This document shows, piece after piece, positions 9,771-20,453 of a stretch of 64,000 bases of DNA. The stretch lies in sequence record NC_009760.1. The stretch is one strand, 5' to 3'. How positions within the stretch are numbered: the first letter of the stretch is position 1; every line of letters begins with the position of its first letter. A program made the position numbers and the translations under genes. The notes beneath the pieces were generated by a model, which saw only the letters and a list, made by a program, of their open reading frames with translations, had not been told where the DNA came from and made no database searches.

Positions 9771-12314
9771 TTAAATGATGTAGCTTTCTACATCTACCTT
9801 TCCGCTTTTACGTTTCTTCTTCCTCTTCGGCGTTGGTTCCTCGTCGAATAGATCGGCAACTGGGTCAGCTTTCTTCACTGGTACAGATTGCTCGACTACT
9901 GCAAGTTCCTCCTTCGGAGCTTCTACCTGTGCCAAAGGCATAGTCGTCTTGATACCCATCTGCTTTTTCAGCTTCTTCGCATCACGAACGAGAACTTTGC
10001 TTGCGATGAACTGGTCTTTCTCCTCACCATTGTAGTAGCTCTTTTCTCTATAACCACGGACAACGACAATATTATCCTTATAGAGATGCTGACTACAAGA
10101 TTTAAACACGTCAGGGAAGACCGTAAATTCTAGCGGTTCCAGTTGTGTTTCGATTTCCACGAACGCCATATCCTCTTTGCGCTTCGTCTTGATGGTACGT
10201 ACTTTTGTAATACGACCACCTACATCATACTCCTTCTTGTCACGGCGACCACGGGATACATCCATATCAAGCAGTGGCGTAAATGGTAAGTCTTCATAAG
10301 GAGAACCGGAAACATAGATACCGATTAATTCGTGTTCCATTTGAAGCATTCGTTTTTCGTTGAACTGAGCTGGATCGTAAGCGAATGAGTGGTTCGCTTT
10401 CTCTTTCGAAGTCAACAGGTCTTCTTCCAGCCCATTCCACACTTTATCTTTACGTAATGTAAAGTTGTAGTGGTTCAGTAAGTTATAGCGATTTCGTTCA
10501 AACGTATCAAAACAGCCGGCCTCAATGAGTGTACGTATAACACCTCTATTAATCGGATTACTCTTCTGTTCTTCGGTCTTCACAAATTTGACAACGCATC
10601 TCGTATAGAAATCATCAAAGTCTTTATAGTCGCCATTATTATCTCTTTCACGTACGATGGCACGAACGGCTTTCTCACCAACGCCAGCGATAGAGAAGAT
10701 TCCAAACCGGATTGCCCCCGCATCCGGAGAGAAATCGGCGTAAGACTTGTTAATATCAGGTGGGAGAATGCGGATACCCATACGTTTTGCTTCTTTTAGA
10801 TTCTCCATTGTCTTCTCTTTGTCACCGCCACGAACGGACAGTAACGCAGTCATGAACTCAACGGGATAATGTACTTTCAGCCACGCAGTTTGGTATGTTT
10901 CGTCAGCGTAGCAAGCCGAGTGACTTTTATTAAAAGCGTACCCGGCAAAGGCTGCCATCTGTGAGAACAGGTTCTTTGCGAATGACTCTTTATAATTGTT
11001 TGTCACGGCTCCTACGATTTCGTGGGAATCCATTGCTTTCTTATTCTTCTTGATTGTGTTCTCGATGTCTTGCTTACGTAAGAACAAATCATTTCCGTCA
11101 TAGTCAGACTTTATGATGACGCCCTCATTGCCATCTTTATCTGTATGTTTCGGCATAGAATCGTACTTCGCAAGTAAGTTCTCGAACTTTTCAATTACAT
11201 ACTTATGACCATACATAAACTCGTCGTATAGCTTCGGCATTTCATCAATCTTCTTCTTACCGATGACACGACGGAAGTTGTCGGCATGACCTAAATTGTA
11301 TCCTGCAATTACTTGAACCAGTCCCATGATTTGTTCTTGATAAACCATCTGACCACGAGATTGCTTGAGTAAGGCGCGCATATCTGGATGAACATCAGAA
11401 AGGTACTCTTTTGGCTTTCGACTACCATTGAGTACATATTGTTGAGCGATTGTATTACCGTTTTCCAGAGTTGCATCTAGTGGGCCGGGACGGAATAATG
11501 CTAGAATATCAATTACTTCTTCTTGTTTTGCAGGTGCTACTTGACGGGTATAGGCTGTAATCCCTCGTCCTGCAACTTGGAACAGACCATGTGTCTCTCC
11601 CTTTGCCATAACTTCGAATGCTTTTGGATCGTCACGACCGATTGAATAAATATCAATACGTTTGCCTGTAGATTGTTCAATAAGGTCAATTGTCGTTGAG
11701 ATGATACGTAACGTGGATGTACGCAACAAGTCCATCTTTAGTAGCCCTACAGACTCACAATCGGGATAATCCCACATCGTGATTGGTAACACTGCTTTTG
11801 ATTTCTCTGTTGGTTTAATCGTTGGGCAATCCAAGTCTAGCGGACGTTTTGAAATGATGACACCGCCGGCATGAATACCACTCGTATCTATTGCACCCTC
11901 TATCTTACCTAGATAGTCATTCAGTTCAGGATACTTTGTCATCAGCTTACGGAACTGTTTACTTGCCTCGACGAACTTCGATAACGAACCGCCGTAACGA
12001 GCATAGTTCTCCGGATGAACAGAGATTTCCATCATGTCTTTGTAGGTACAGTCTTTTTGGTCTGGCATCTTTCCTTGATCGCCTGTTTCCTTTAATGTCG
12101 CTTTTACTTCATCAGCAACCTTGTAGCCATATTCCAATACCTTTTTCGGATTATCCGGGTCACGTTTCTCAAGCGCTTTACAAATTTTATCAATCGAAGA
12201 CTTCAATTTGAACTTCGTGAATGTTAAGACCTGCGCTGTTTTGTCACGTCCATAACGCTGTGCTACGAAATCGAGCAACATGTCATGATTGTCACCAGGG
12301 AAATCGACGTCAAT
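9771..12314 (-). CDS. dnaE: DNA polymerase III alpha subunit, exon 2
   Basis: IDVDFPG (completes PPD|IDVDF), GIHAGGVII, GLLKMDLL, ALFRPGP, YAFNKSHSACY, LPPDINKS and a C-terminal OB fold. Confidence 0.93.
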   Translation of the reverse strand: MDVDFPGDNHDMLLDFVAQRYGRDKTAQVLTFTKFKLKSSIDKICKALEKRDPDNPKKVLEYGYKVADEVKATLKETGDQGKMPDQKDCTYKDMMEISVHPENYARYGGSLSKFVEASKQFRKLMTKYPELNDYLGKIEGAIDTSGIHAGGVIISKRPLDLDCPTIKPTEKSKAVLPITMWDYPDCESVGLLKMDLLRTSTLRIISTTIDLIEQSTGKRIDIYSIGRDDPKAFEVMAKGETHGLFQVAGRGITAYTRQVAPAKQEEVIDILALFRPGPLDATLENGNTIAQQYVLNGSRKPKEYLSDVHPDMRALLKQSRGQMVYQEQIMGLVQVIAGYNLGHADNFRRVIGKKKIDEMPKLYDEFMYGHKYVIEKFENLLAKYDSMPKHTDKDGNEGVIIKSDYDGNDLFLRKQDIENTIKKNKKAMDSHEIVGAVTNNYKESFAKNLFSQMAAFAGYAFNKSHSACYADETYQTAWLKVHYPVEFMTALLSVRGGDKEKTMENLKEAKRMGIRILPPDINKSYADFSPDAGAIRFGIFSIAGVGEKAVRAIVRERDNNGDYKDFDDFYTRCVVKFVKTEEQKSNPINRGVIRTLIEAGCFDTFERNRYNLLNHYNFTLRKDKVWNGLEEDLLTSKEKANHSFAYDPAQFNEKRMLQMEHELIGIYVSGSPYEDLPFTPLLDMDVSRGRRDKKEYDVGGRITKVRTIKTKRKEDMAFVEIETQLEPLEFTVFPDVFKSCSQHLYKDNIVVVRGYREKSYYNGEEKDQFIASKVLVRDAKKLKKQMGIKTTMPLAQVEAPKEELAVVEQSVPVKKADPVADLFDEEPTPKRKKKRKSGKVDVESYII

Positions 12315-13437
12315 CGCTTACACCGTCCCTTTCAGGATACTTTAACACTGCTTCCGCAGTCGGGCTAGACTATACCATTGTCTCTAGTGAGACACCCTTT
12401 GGTAGTCGTTGAGGGCTACTAATGTATCCCTGCTGATCGTCCATTGTTACGATGACGCTGAGTTGTATCTTCGTCATCATCCTTCTACTTGTTTCTGCTC
12501 TCGCTCCATATAGGCAAGAAGGCTTTAGGATGTTCCAGCATATTCAGGGTACGCACGGCACATCACTGAACCGTGGGACTATACTTTTAAGTAGCGTTGA
12601 TACTTTCGAAATAAATATATATTAGCGCCATTGTAGATATAGCGACCAAACTTTCTTACATCATCTTTTGCCATAAACTCAAGTGAGTAACTGTTCTTCG
12701 TGTCAGTATGTCGCTTGTGCAATGTAGGCTTGTGGTCTATGTGTTCAGCAAGAGTCGTTAAGAACTCTCGTGTACCCATTATCTTTACTGCGTATGTATC
12801 ATCTCTCTTACCGGAGTATGAGAATGAACCATCGCCATCAAAGTAACCACGAATGAAATGATGTACTAAATGTTTCGGTACAATATCTTCGCTAGGAAAC
12901 TTGAGAATCAGTGACTTGTTTTCGAATACACCCTTCTCAACTAAGTGAGTGTACATCGTCTTACTAGTGAATCTAAATCGGCAATACTTTGTACCTACGC
13001 CATAAGAGTTACCTTCGTATTCTCCTATTGGATGCGTAGCCCGCAAAGCCTCTTTAAATCGTGATAGGTGACCTTTATCTTTTATGCCTAATGCAATTCC
13101 TACATTGTAATCGTTACGTGTATTGGACACATAACCATCGGCATACATAAAGCCTAACCAGTAAGCCTTCTCTTGAGTGTCGATTGTTTCGAAAAATGAT
13201 TCATCAAGTGTGTACTTTCTGCTATTATCTCTTGGAGATCGCATTAGTCCACGTTCTTTCAGGGTGCGTTGTAGTTTATTTCTACCGCATCCTGTTGCCT
13301 TCCAAGCGTCTAGCAAGGGCATACCATTCTTATAAAATTCGATAGCTTTTTCTAACTTATCCATGTTATAACCTCCTAATAGGGAAATCAACGTCTATAA
13401 ATAGACTAACATGGAATTACGCTACGTTCAAGTAATA
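12315..13437 (-). mobile_element. group I intron in dnaE (1123 nt)
   Basis: 5' site after U (GAT|TATTAC) and 3' terminal G (TAAGCG|ATT). P ATGCTGGAA, Q ATCAGCAGG, R AACGACTA and S GGTATAGTCTA elements are present. Confidence 0.9.
12579..13364 (-). CDS. intron-encoded double-motif LAGLIDADG homing endonuclease
   Basis: AYWLGFMYADGYV and FIRGYFDGDGSF motifs; start MDKLE with AGGAGG. Confidence 0.88.
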   Translation of the reverse strand: MDKLEKAIEFYKNGMPLLDAWKATGCGRNKLQRTLKERGLMRSPRDNSRKYTLDESFFETIDTQEKAYWLGFMYADGYVSNTRNDYNVGIALGIKDKGHLSRFKEALRATHPIGEYEGNSYGVGTKYCRFRFTSKTMYTHLVEKGVFENKSLILKFPSEDIVPKHLVHHFIRGYFDGDGSFSYSGKRDDTYAVKIMGTREFLTTLAEHIDHKPTLHKRHTDTKNSYSLEFMAKDDVRKFGRYIYNGANIYLFRKYQRYLKV

Positions 13438-14940
13438 ATCGGGCGGACTATCACGGTATGGTGATAAGAAACGCTCAAACATTAAACCATATTGTATCGG
13501 GTCAAGACGAGTAATGTCCAACAAGAACGCCATCATACTTCCGGCTGCGGAACCTCGACCGGGGCCTACTAGGAACTCCGGATAAAAGGCATACTTCGCA
13601 TTCGGTTTCGATACGACTTTTCGTTTGACTTTCTTCTTCTTGCCTGTCTGCTTATCCTTTACTACTTTCACAACAACTTCATGTACTTCTGCTTCAATCC
13701 ATTCTTTATTCTGCGGATAGGATAACCACTTATTACGGTCGGAAGCCCAAAGTAAAATATCCCATAGCAGTAAGAAGTATGAAGGGTACTTTTTCATTGT
13801 TACGATACGTAGTTCATGTTCTACACGTTCGATATATTCTTTTACGTTAATCTTGTAGCCATTTACTTCTACAAACTCCACGTAGCCGATTAAGTTATCG
13901 AATAGTAGTTTCTTGAGATAAGATGCATCAGTATGACCATCAGGACAATACGGGAACTCAGGCATCAAGTCCTTATTGAGTTCAATATCTACATTACAAT
14001 TGTCGGCAATCCAACAAGTATTCTCGATGGCGCTGTGAGGTACATTATTTTCATCAGCCCATTGATACACTTCATCTGCACTTGCTAGATGATACGTGTT
14101 TGTTCCGGAGTACGGTGCGCAATCATATACGCTTTGCTTACGACTAATCGCAACCAGTGCATGGTGAGCGTCTTTATCGTCCGGCTTTACATAGTGTACA
14201 TCTTTTGCATACACTAATGGAACCCCTGTGTCATTGGAAATTCTTATCAATGCTTCGTTTACAATTTCTTGCTCACGGGATCCGTTATCTTGTATCTCTA
14301 AGAAATAGCGATAGAAAAGATTATTACGACGCAGTATCTCTTGTTTTGCCTCCTCTTCCTTACCTTCTAAGATAAGCTGGGACGTTTCACTCGCAAGACA
14401 TCCTGTTGTCGCAATGATGTTCTTACCTAGCCCGTTACTTTCGATATAGTTCATATCGGTACGAGGCAATGGTTTTGGTGCATAATACACATACTGGTTC
14501 GCATCTGAAATAAGGTGCTGTAAATCAGCCCATCCTTGATTGTTTACTGGAATCATTGTAATGTGACGAGATGCGTTCCAGTTTCCTCTTGCGCAATCTG
14601 CTTTACTAATAACAGTTCTATCTTTTGCTTCGTACATTTCACATGCAGGAATAAACTTAATCCCCTCTTCCTCACATGCTTTCTTGAACTGAATAACGCC
14701 ACTGATATTACCGTGGTCAGTTAAGATAATCGTATCAATGCCAAGTTGTTTCGCACGCTTCGCTGTCTCTTTCGGTTTACACATTGCATCGGCAATCGAG
14801 AAGATACTATGCATATGAATGTGAACGATACGACGTGGCTTCTTGTTAGATTTGACTGCATCTAAGTCGTCCGAGAAATCGAATATTTCATCGTCGCTTA
14901 CTACGTTTAGTTTTTTCTTTCTCTTTGTTTTTGTTACCAT
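13438..14940 (-). CDS. dnaE: DNA polymerase III alpha subunit, exon 1 (PHP domain)
   Basis: HIHMHSIFSIADA, LTDHGN, AKDVHY, GPGRGSAAGS, LMFERFLSP. Confidence 0.93.
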
Positions 14941-15409
14941 GATTCGTCCAACCTCCCTCTGCTTTGCTCCACCATAATACCATATAAGTGAGTCCTGCAT
15001 AGAGGCTCAAGAAATAATGCTCATATGTTCGGTGACCTTTCTGTTCATTACATGTACGGCAACAACATGCTAAATTCTTTGTTAAAATCGAGCCACCTAA
15101 TCGTTTGGGTCTAACATGATCGACAGTTAACTCTGGATGATCCTTATGCATTTGTGTACCGCATAAGTAACACGTATAGTTATCACGTTCAAATGCTTCC
15201 TGCTTAAATACAGCTTCATCTTCATAGTGATACAATACTTGAATAGTAGTAGGGTCTAACCAAATGGATTTATCCGACTGAACAGAATGAGCCGCCCTGC
15301 TAGGCGTTGTGTACCCAGCAGGATTGCCATTCTTATTTAAAACACGGATACGTTTAGAACTCGTCGTCGTCCGAGATTGGTTCTTTTTCTTCTTCATCTT
15401 CGTCCTCAT
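14888..15409 (-). CDS. HNH endonuclease with N-terminal PLMP/RRXRR-like segment (IshB-like)
   Basis: RVLNKNGNPAGYTTPSRA...PTTIQV, then CYLCG...TVDHVRPKRLGG...NLACCCRTCNEQK. Confidence 0.75.
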   Translation of the reverse strand: MRTKMKKKKNQSRTTTSSKRIRVLNKNGNPAGYTTPSRAAHSVQSDKSIWLDPTTIQVLYHYEDEAVFKQEAFERDNYTCYLCGTQMHKDHPELTVDHVRPKRLGGSILTKNLACCCRTCNEQKGHRTYEHYFLSLYAGLTYMVLWWSKAEGGWTNHGNKNKEKEKTKRSKRR

Positions 15410-16040
15410 CGTCCCAAGCTACCCATTCATCTTCCTCTTCCTCGGCTGCTGACGCAACTTCTTCCTCTGCTAATTCAATCGCAATTGGAGGATTATGAAG
15501 ACTCGTCGGATTCTCTCTAAACTTCTTGTCTTCCATTTCAATTTGGTCAGGAGATGGTAACTCACCTTTTAGTTCACTAATCTTCCATGAACCATACGTA
15601 AGAGTTGGCGTAACCGCACAATCCACTACGCTCACAAGATGAGATGCTTTCTTTAATTGTCCTACTACATATTCGTATTCTTCCTTCGTAACTCGTGCAA
15701 CTACGTGTCTTGTATCAGGCATCGTAATCCAGTATATCGTTTGCATGATAACTGGGTTTGCACTATGGATATTATCAACATACATTGTTTTTGATGTCGC
15801 TGTAATATCCGCAATATCTACCTTGATAACTTCTGTTTCGGATACTTCTTTGCAGACAATCTTACGATTTCGTGCATTTTCAGGTAGATCAGCAGTCGTA
15901 TCCTTAATTGGTAATTTCTTTTTCACGTCGGCAGTAGGCTTCGGCTTTGCTTTCTTGCGTTTAGCCTCTTCTTCCTCGATAATTTCTACTACGTCCACCG
16001 ACTTGTCTTTTGCGGCCTTGACCTTCTTCTTCGTTCCCAT
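15354..16040 (-). CDS. hypothetical protein, basic N-terminus and acidic C-terminus
   Basis: 228-aa ORF with GGAGG SD, between dnaN and the HNH gene. Confidence 0.7.
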   Translation of the reverse strand: MGTKKKVKAAKDKSVDVVEIIEEEEAKRKKAKPKPTADVKKKLPIKDTTADLPENARNRKIVCKEVSETEVIKVDIADITATSKTMYVDNIHSANPVIMQTIYWITMPDTRHVVARVTKEEYEYVVGQLKKASHLVSVVDCAVTPTLTYGSWKISELKGELPSPDQIEMEDKKFRENPTSLHNPPIAIELAEEEVASAAEEEEDEWVAWDDEDEDEEEKEPISDDDEF

Positions 16041-16141
16041 CTCGATTCCTCCCTACATAATGCTTCCTAACTTCTTGTCTCGCAATTTCTCCTGCAACCA
16101 CCCGCAGAACTGTTTGTACTAATGCTTTTAACAATTTGTCA

Positions 16142-17227
16142 TCACCCTGTCGCCAAAATACAAGTGTGAGCCACACTGCTTTCCGGTCGAAGTGTAAGTG
16201 GTTGTTTATCACGAACACCAACTGTAATCATATCAGAATCAATATGTTTTACAACATCAATTATTCGTTTCACGCTGACACTAACCTCAGTTGCTTCACC
16301 TTGTAGCTTGGTCATTATGAACTCGGAGAAATTACCCTCCTGTGAATTTCCTGTTAGCGTTACTTTTCCCTTTTCAAACTGTAATATACCACTACCATCA
16401 ATCATGATAGAGGCACGGTCAAGTAAGCCCAACAGTTCGTCTCTGTCCGCTAGGAACTGTAAATCAAACTCTTTACCGGGTAAGACGTTATCTGTGTTCG
16501 GGAAGTTACCCGCAAGTGTTGGAAGATGATACGTCGCAAGTCCAGTCTTCACAATAAAATGATTGTTTTCACATGCTTGCATCGTTACCTTCTCATCATC
16601 TGCTACTACCTTCGCACAATTGACGAGCGACTTCTTACCCAGCACCACATTAAATGGGTCTGACTTAATCTTTCGCTTGTAATTCGCAATCGTAAAGCCG
16701 TCTGTACTAGTCAATTTCAGAAGATTACCATCTGATACAAACTGTATGCCCTGTAAGATAGGACGACTTGCTTCACGGCTAGAATCTGCCGCAAATGCTA
16801 CGTTATTAATCAGCTTCTTAAACACTAGACCTGACATATCAAATGAGAACTTCGATTGTAGCTTCGGTGTTTTCGGGAAGCTCTCTTCTTGATACGAAAT
16901 AAACGTCTGCTGTCCTTTCGCTGGCTTCGTCTTGAGTTGCAGGCCACCGCCTTTGCTAATGGCAAACATGACAGTCTGTACGTCTAGCTTCGATACGTAT
17001 GCAATGAACTTCTTCGCTTTCACTACAAATTTACCAGTTTCTTTTACACCAGCAGGAACCCATACTTCGGTTGTGTTACTGCCGTCTGTCGTTGTTAGCT
17101 TAATACGGTTGGTTTTCTTACTGGCATAAATCTTAATACCTTCATGCCCTTGTGTCTCTGTACCAATGGTATCTTTGACAACCTGCAATCCTTTCTTTAG
17201 TTCGTCGAGTGCCACGTCAACTTTCAT
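16142..17227 (-). CDS. dnaN: DNA polymerase III beta sliding clamp
   Basis: 361 aa; SRPILQGIQF, STDGFTIA, GNFPN, RDELLGLLDRA motifs. Confidence 0.9.
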   Translation of the reverse strand: MKVDVALDELKKGLQVVKDTIGTETQGHEGIKIYASKKTNRIKLTTTDGSNTTEVWVPAGVKETGKFVVKAKKFIAYVSKLDVQTVMFAISKGGGLQLKTKPAKGQQTFISYQEESFPKTPKLQSKFSFDMSGLVFKKLINNVAFAADSSREASRPILQGIQFVSDGNLLKLTSTDGFTIANYKRKIKSDPFNVVLGKKSLVNCAKVVADDEKVTMQACENNHFIVKTGLATYHLPTLAGNFPNTDNVLPGKEFDLQFLADRDELLGLLDRASIMIDGSGILQFEKGKVTLTGNSQEGNFSEFIMTKLQGEATEVSVSVKRIIDVVKHIDSDMITVGVRDKQPLTLRPESSVAHTCILATG

Positions 17228-17246
17228 CGTAAAACCTCCTTAAACA

Positions 17247-17273
17247 TGCAAAAAAGCCCGTGCGAGCGGGCTT
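17247..17273 (-). promoter_or_regulatory. hairpin element copy 2 (variant)
   Basis: TGCA-aaaaagcc-CGTGCGAGCG-ggctt; upstream of dnaN. Confidence 0.6.
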
Positions 17274-17277
17274 CATC

Positions 17278-17775
17278 TTATTTATTCAACATTGCTTTTA
17301 ATTCAGGGTCAGCATACGGTTTACCCCATGCAGCTAACATGATCTTTGCTTCTTCTGCGTATTCAACAGGAAAACGACCGCTTACTTTCGTAATGTCACG
17401 CTGTAATCGAGAGTCATTATGTTTCTTCTTCTCGAATCCCGGTGGTGGCGTAATCGTATTATAATCGACATGTAATTTCTCATGGTCGATACGTAGCGTA
17501 AGAAGTCTTGTTTCTCCCGATGGAGCTTTATTTAAACGCTTTGCGACAGCTTCGCATACTGTATGGAATCTACTTAATTCATGTACAATTGCATCTTTGT
17601 CTTTTGCGTTATCATACTTCCCTTTTATCTGTACGCCTTTCACATTCACAATGACTTCAAGGTTATCAGATAAAGGGAACGACTTAATAGCTTCATCGTA
17701 TACTTCTTCTTTTACACGGAACCCATAGGCTCCACGAATACTATTTTGTGATGACTGCGATAATGTCTCGTTCAT
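17278..17775 (-). CDS. hypothetical protein
   Basis: Tiled ORF. Confidence 0.6.
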   Translation of the reverse strand: MNETLSQSSQNSIRGAYGFRVKEEVYDEAIKSFPLSDNLEVIVNVKGVQIKGKYDNAKDKDAIVHELSRFHTVCEAVAKRLNKAPSGETRLLTLRIDHEKLHVDYNTITPPPGFEKKKHNDSRLQRDITKVSGRFPVEYAEEAKIMLAAWGKPYADPELKAMLNK

Positions 17776-18055
17776 TGATTACCAAGAACTCCTCTCCATC
17801 TAAGCTAACTGGTACACCAGCCATGCGAGAGTAAATAACACGTTGTCCCGGTTCTACATCCATTGGGATACGTCCGCCGTCAGGTTTACGTTGACCGTCA
17901 CCAATGGCAACAACAACACCTTCGAATTTTGGATCTTTATCACCTGTTGGTAAGATAATACCACTTGCTGTTGTATCAGATTCTTTTTCTAGCTTGATTA
18001 CTGCTCTAGCTCCTAATACTTGAATGCCTTCATATCCATCTAAAAACTTTGCCAT
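17741..18055 (-). CDS. groES: GroES/Cpn10 co-chaperonin
   Basis: TTASGIILP, GVVVAIGDG, IPMDVEPG, INERDIIAV. Confidence 0.92.
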   Translation of the reverse strand: MAKFLDGYEGIQVLGARAVIKLEKESDTTASGIILPTGDKDPKFEGVVVAIGDGQRKPDGGRIPMDVEPGQRVIYSRMAGVPVSLDGEEFLVINERDIIAVITK

Positions 18056-18067
18056 TTCCTATTCCTC

Positions 18068-18514
18068 CTACTTGACTGCATGTGCTTTAATTGTTGATTT
18101 TGCTGCGATAAGAGACTTTTCCCAGTTCTCTCCTCGCAACATCTCATCTAAGTATACATAAAGAGCCGCATTCTTTCCAGCTTCGTCTAAGTCATACTTG
18201 TCATCGTCAATCGTGCGGAACACATGGCGTACTTCTTTTAACTTGTTTTGTCCTGCCGAAATGTTTCCGATTTTCATGCCGAAACTATTCAAGAACTTCT
18301 CGAACGTAGCTGGCTCCATTTCTTGGCTGAATGCTTGTTGGTAAGAGCCGTTTTCTCCCAAGTATTCAACCGTAGCAATGATTTCATACGGCTCTTCTTT
18401 TGTGCGCGCGCCTGTTACAAAAGCAATACGTTCATCTAATAAATACGCTGCTCCTGCAAAATATAATGTATGTTTTGTTCCGATTAATTCACTACGTTGT
18501 GATGCAAATAACAT
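18068..18514 (-). CDS. hypothetical protein
   Basis: Tiled ORF with SD. Confidence 0.6.
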   Translation of the reverse strand: MLFASQRSELIGTKHTLYFAGAAYLLDERIAFVTGARTKEEPYEIIATVEYLGENGSYQQAFSQEMEPATFEKFLNSFGMKIGNISAGQNKLKEVRHVFRTIDDDKYDLDEAGKNAALYVYLDEMLRGENWEKSLIAAKSTIKAHAVK

Positions 18515-18533
18515 ATCACATGCCCTCCCTATA

Positions 18534-19157
18534 TTACGCTAACATATCTGCGATTGGTTTGATGCTTCCCCATAAGTCATTCGTTCTTGCCTTGAACTCT
18601 TCTGTATCTAAGAAGTTACGTGGATGATAAACAGGAATGACAGGAATGCTTTTATTCCCTAAATCAAAATCAAACTCTTCACCGATTGCTGTATCTATTT
18701 TAATTGGTTGTTGTGCTAATGCTGATATAGCTGTCGTACCTAATGCAATGATAACCGTTGGCTTCGTTACCACTATTTCATTATGCAGATACTTATACCA
18801 GTCTTTAATCAAACTCATATTAACCGCTTCTACTGGTTCTTTAAATACTTGTGTCCAGTATACATCGCTAATCTTAATCCCGACACGATCTAACAGGTTC
18901 ATTAAGTAGAAACCATACATGCCAAATCCACTAAAGCCGAAAATCTCTTCTGACTGTTCCGGTTTGTCGCTCACAATCATTACTTCCGGTGTCATTGTTC
19001 CACTTGAGATTACTGTGCCTTGACGTGGTAAATACTGATGCATTAACCCTATTGACTCGTAATGAAGAAACATCTCCCGTGAGACACGGGAGACATCTGA
19101 TTCCTTCATTCCTTGTTCAACAAGAGACTGTATGACTCTATGCTGCGTCATAGACAT
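18534..19157 (-). CDS. uracil-DNA glycosylase family 4-like protein
   Basis: VMIVSDKP...VYWTQVFK...PTVIIALGTTA...VIPVYHP layout; no Fe-S cysteines. Confidence 0.7.
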   Translation of the reverse strand: MSMTQHRVIQSLVEQGMKESDVSRVSREMFLHYESIGLMHQYLPRQGTVISSGTMTPEVMIVSDKPEQSEEIFGFSGFGMYGFYLMNLLDRVGIKISDVYWTQVFKEPVEAVNMSLIKDWYKYLHNEIVVTKPTVIIALGTTAISALAQQPIKIDTAIGEEFDFDLGNKSIPVIPVYHPRNFLDTEEFKARTNDLWGSIKPIADMLA

Positions 19158-20215
19158 TACTTACCGAATAAAGTCTTTTTAATGTGAGCTTTTACTTCGA
19201 CAACTTTAACTTTACCGTTTTTCGCTTTCGGTGGTTTGATACCGTGTTTCTTCATGATAGCTTGGATTTCCGCTTTTGTTTCAAGAGCGTCGATGTCCTC
19301 AGGAGTTAACTCATCTTCTTCGTCTTCCTCATCATCATCGTAGTCCTCTTCATCATCTTCTTCTTCGTCATCCTCTTCCTCATCGTCAGACTCGTCTTCG
19401 TCCTCATCTTCTTCCTCTTCCTCGTCGTCCTCTTCTTCTTCATCGTCATCTTCTGCATCTTCTTCGTAGCCTTCTTCTTCATCCTCTACGTCTTCTACAG
19501 AATCGTTTTCGATTTCAGCATCGTCTTCTTCCTCTTCGTCGCCCGGTAATGCGAATCCAAGATATTCAGCTAATGCTTCTGCTAATTCATCCAGTTTAGA
19601 ACGAGAGTTGATACCTTCAAGAGCTAGAGGTTTTGCGAATGCCCAAAGTTTCTTTGTACCTAATTTACGTAACTCTTCATAGTTTGTTACGCCTTCTGGT
19701 GCTTCCACTGTATCTTCCTCTTCTTCATCATCGTCGCCGTCTACATCTTCGAACTCATCTTCGTCTTCCTCGTCCTCTTCAACTTCCTCGACAGGCTCTT
19801 GTTTTGCTTTCTTTTTCTTTTTAGCTGGCTTTTCTTCTACTTCTTCCTCGTCGTCATCAGCAGCTAAATCTTCGTTCTCTTCTGCTGGTGCTACTTTGCC
19901 TGCTGCAAGTTCTTGTAAGTAAGTTGTTAATGCCACTAATTCTTCTTGCGTTAATTTCGTTGGATCTTTACCTACTAATGCTTTCGCATCAATACCGCCT
20001 TGTAATGATTCTAACTTCACTGTTTTACCGGCACTTGCATGTTTAATTTTGCTTGATACTTTTACTGTTTCGCCAACGATTTCACCGATTTCTTCACCAG
20101 CTTTTGTTGTTGCGATGAACTTGTCACCCTTTTTAATAATATGGAATGCATCCTTTGCAATTGCTACGATACCTGCGAATACTGTTGCACCTGATTTACT
20201 TTTTAATTGAGTCAT
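19157..20215 (-). CDS. highly acidic low-complexity protein
   Basis: Long D/E tracts and basic termini. Confidence 0.75.
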   Translation of the reverse strand: MTQLKSKSGATVFAGIVAIAKDAFHIIKKGDKFIATTKAGEEIGEIVGETVKVSSKIKHASAGKTVKLESLQGGIDAKALVGKDPTKLTQEELVALTTYLQELAAGKVAPAEENEDLAADDDEEEVEEKPAKKKKKAKQEPVEEVEEDEEDEDEFEDVDGDDDEEEEDTVEAPEGVTNYEELRKLGTKKLWAFAKPLALEGINSRSKLDELAEALAEYLGFALPGDEEEEDDAEIENDSVEDVEDEEEGYEEDAEDDDEEEEDDEEEEEDEDEDESDDEEEDDEEEDDEEDYDDDEEDEEDELTPEDIDALETKAEIQAIMKKHGIKPPKAKNGKVKVVEVKAHIKKTLFGK

Positions 20216-20441
20216 TTTGACTTCCTCCTCGATTTTGGTTTAATACTTTTTGATATTCACTTGCCATCTCGTCACTGCCATAGAAAGGAGTTTGGCACTC
20301 CTCTCCCGTGACGACTTCCTCTTTACTGCCACGTATCAATCTTATTAAATCTTTTACTATGTCTATCGTCCACTCGAATACGAGTATCAAGACGACAGAT
20401 AAGACGAACGCTACAATTATTGCAATCACGTCTGCTATCAA
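20196..20441 (-). CDS. small membrane protein
   Basis: N-terminal hydrophobic helix. Confidence 0.55.
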   Translation of the reverse strand: MIADVIAIIVAFVLSVVLILVFEWTIDIVKDLIRLIRGSKEEVVTGEECQTPFYGSDEMASEYQKVLNQNRGGSQNDSIKK

Positions 20442-20453
20442 GAGGAAAACCTC

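Noticed and set aside
11030-13760. Insertions in DnaE (about 11030-11230 and 13580-13760) as inteins
   Set aside because: Only about 50-60 aa each, with no Cys/Ser start or His-Asn end motifs.
19290-19900. tcttc/tcatc-rich sequence as a DNA tandem repeat
   Set aside because: Explained by GAA/GAT/GAC codons of an acidic protein tract.
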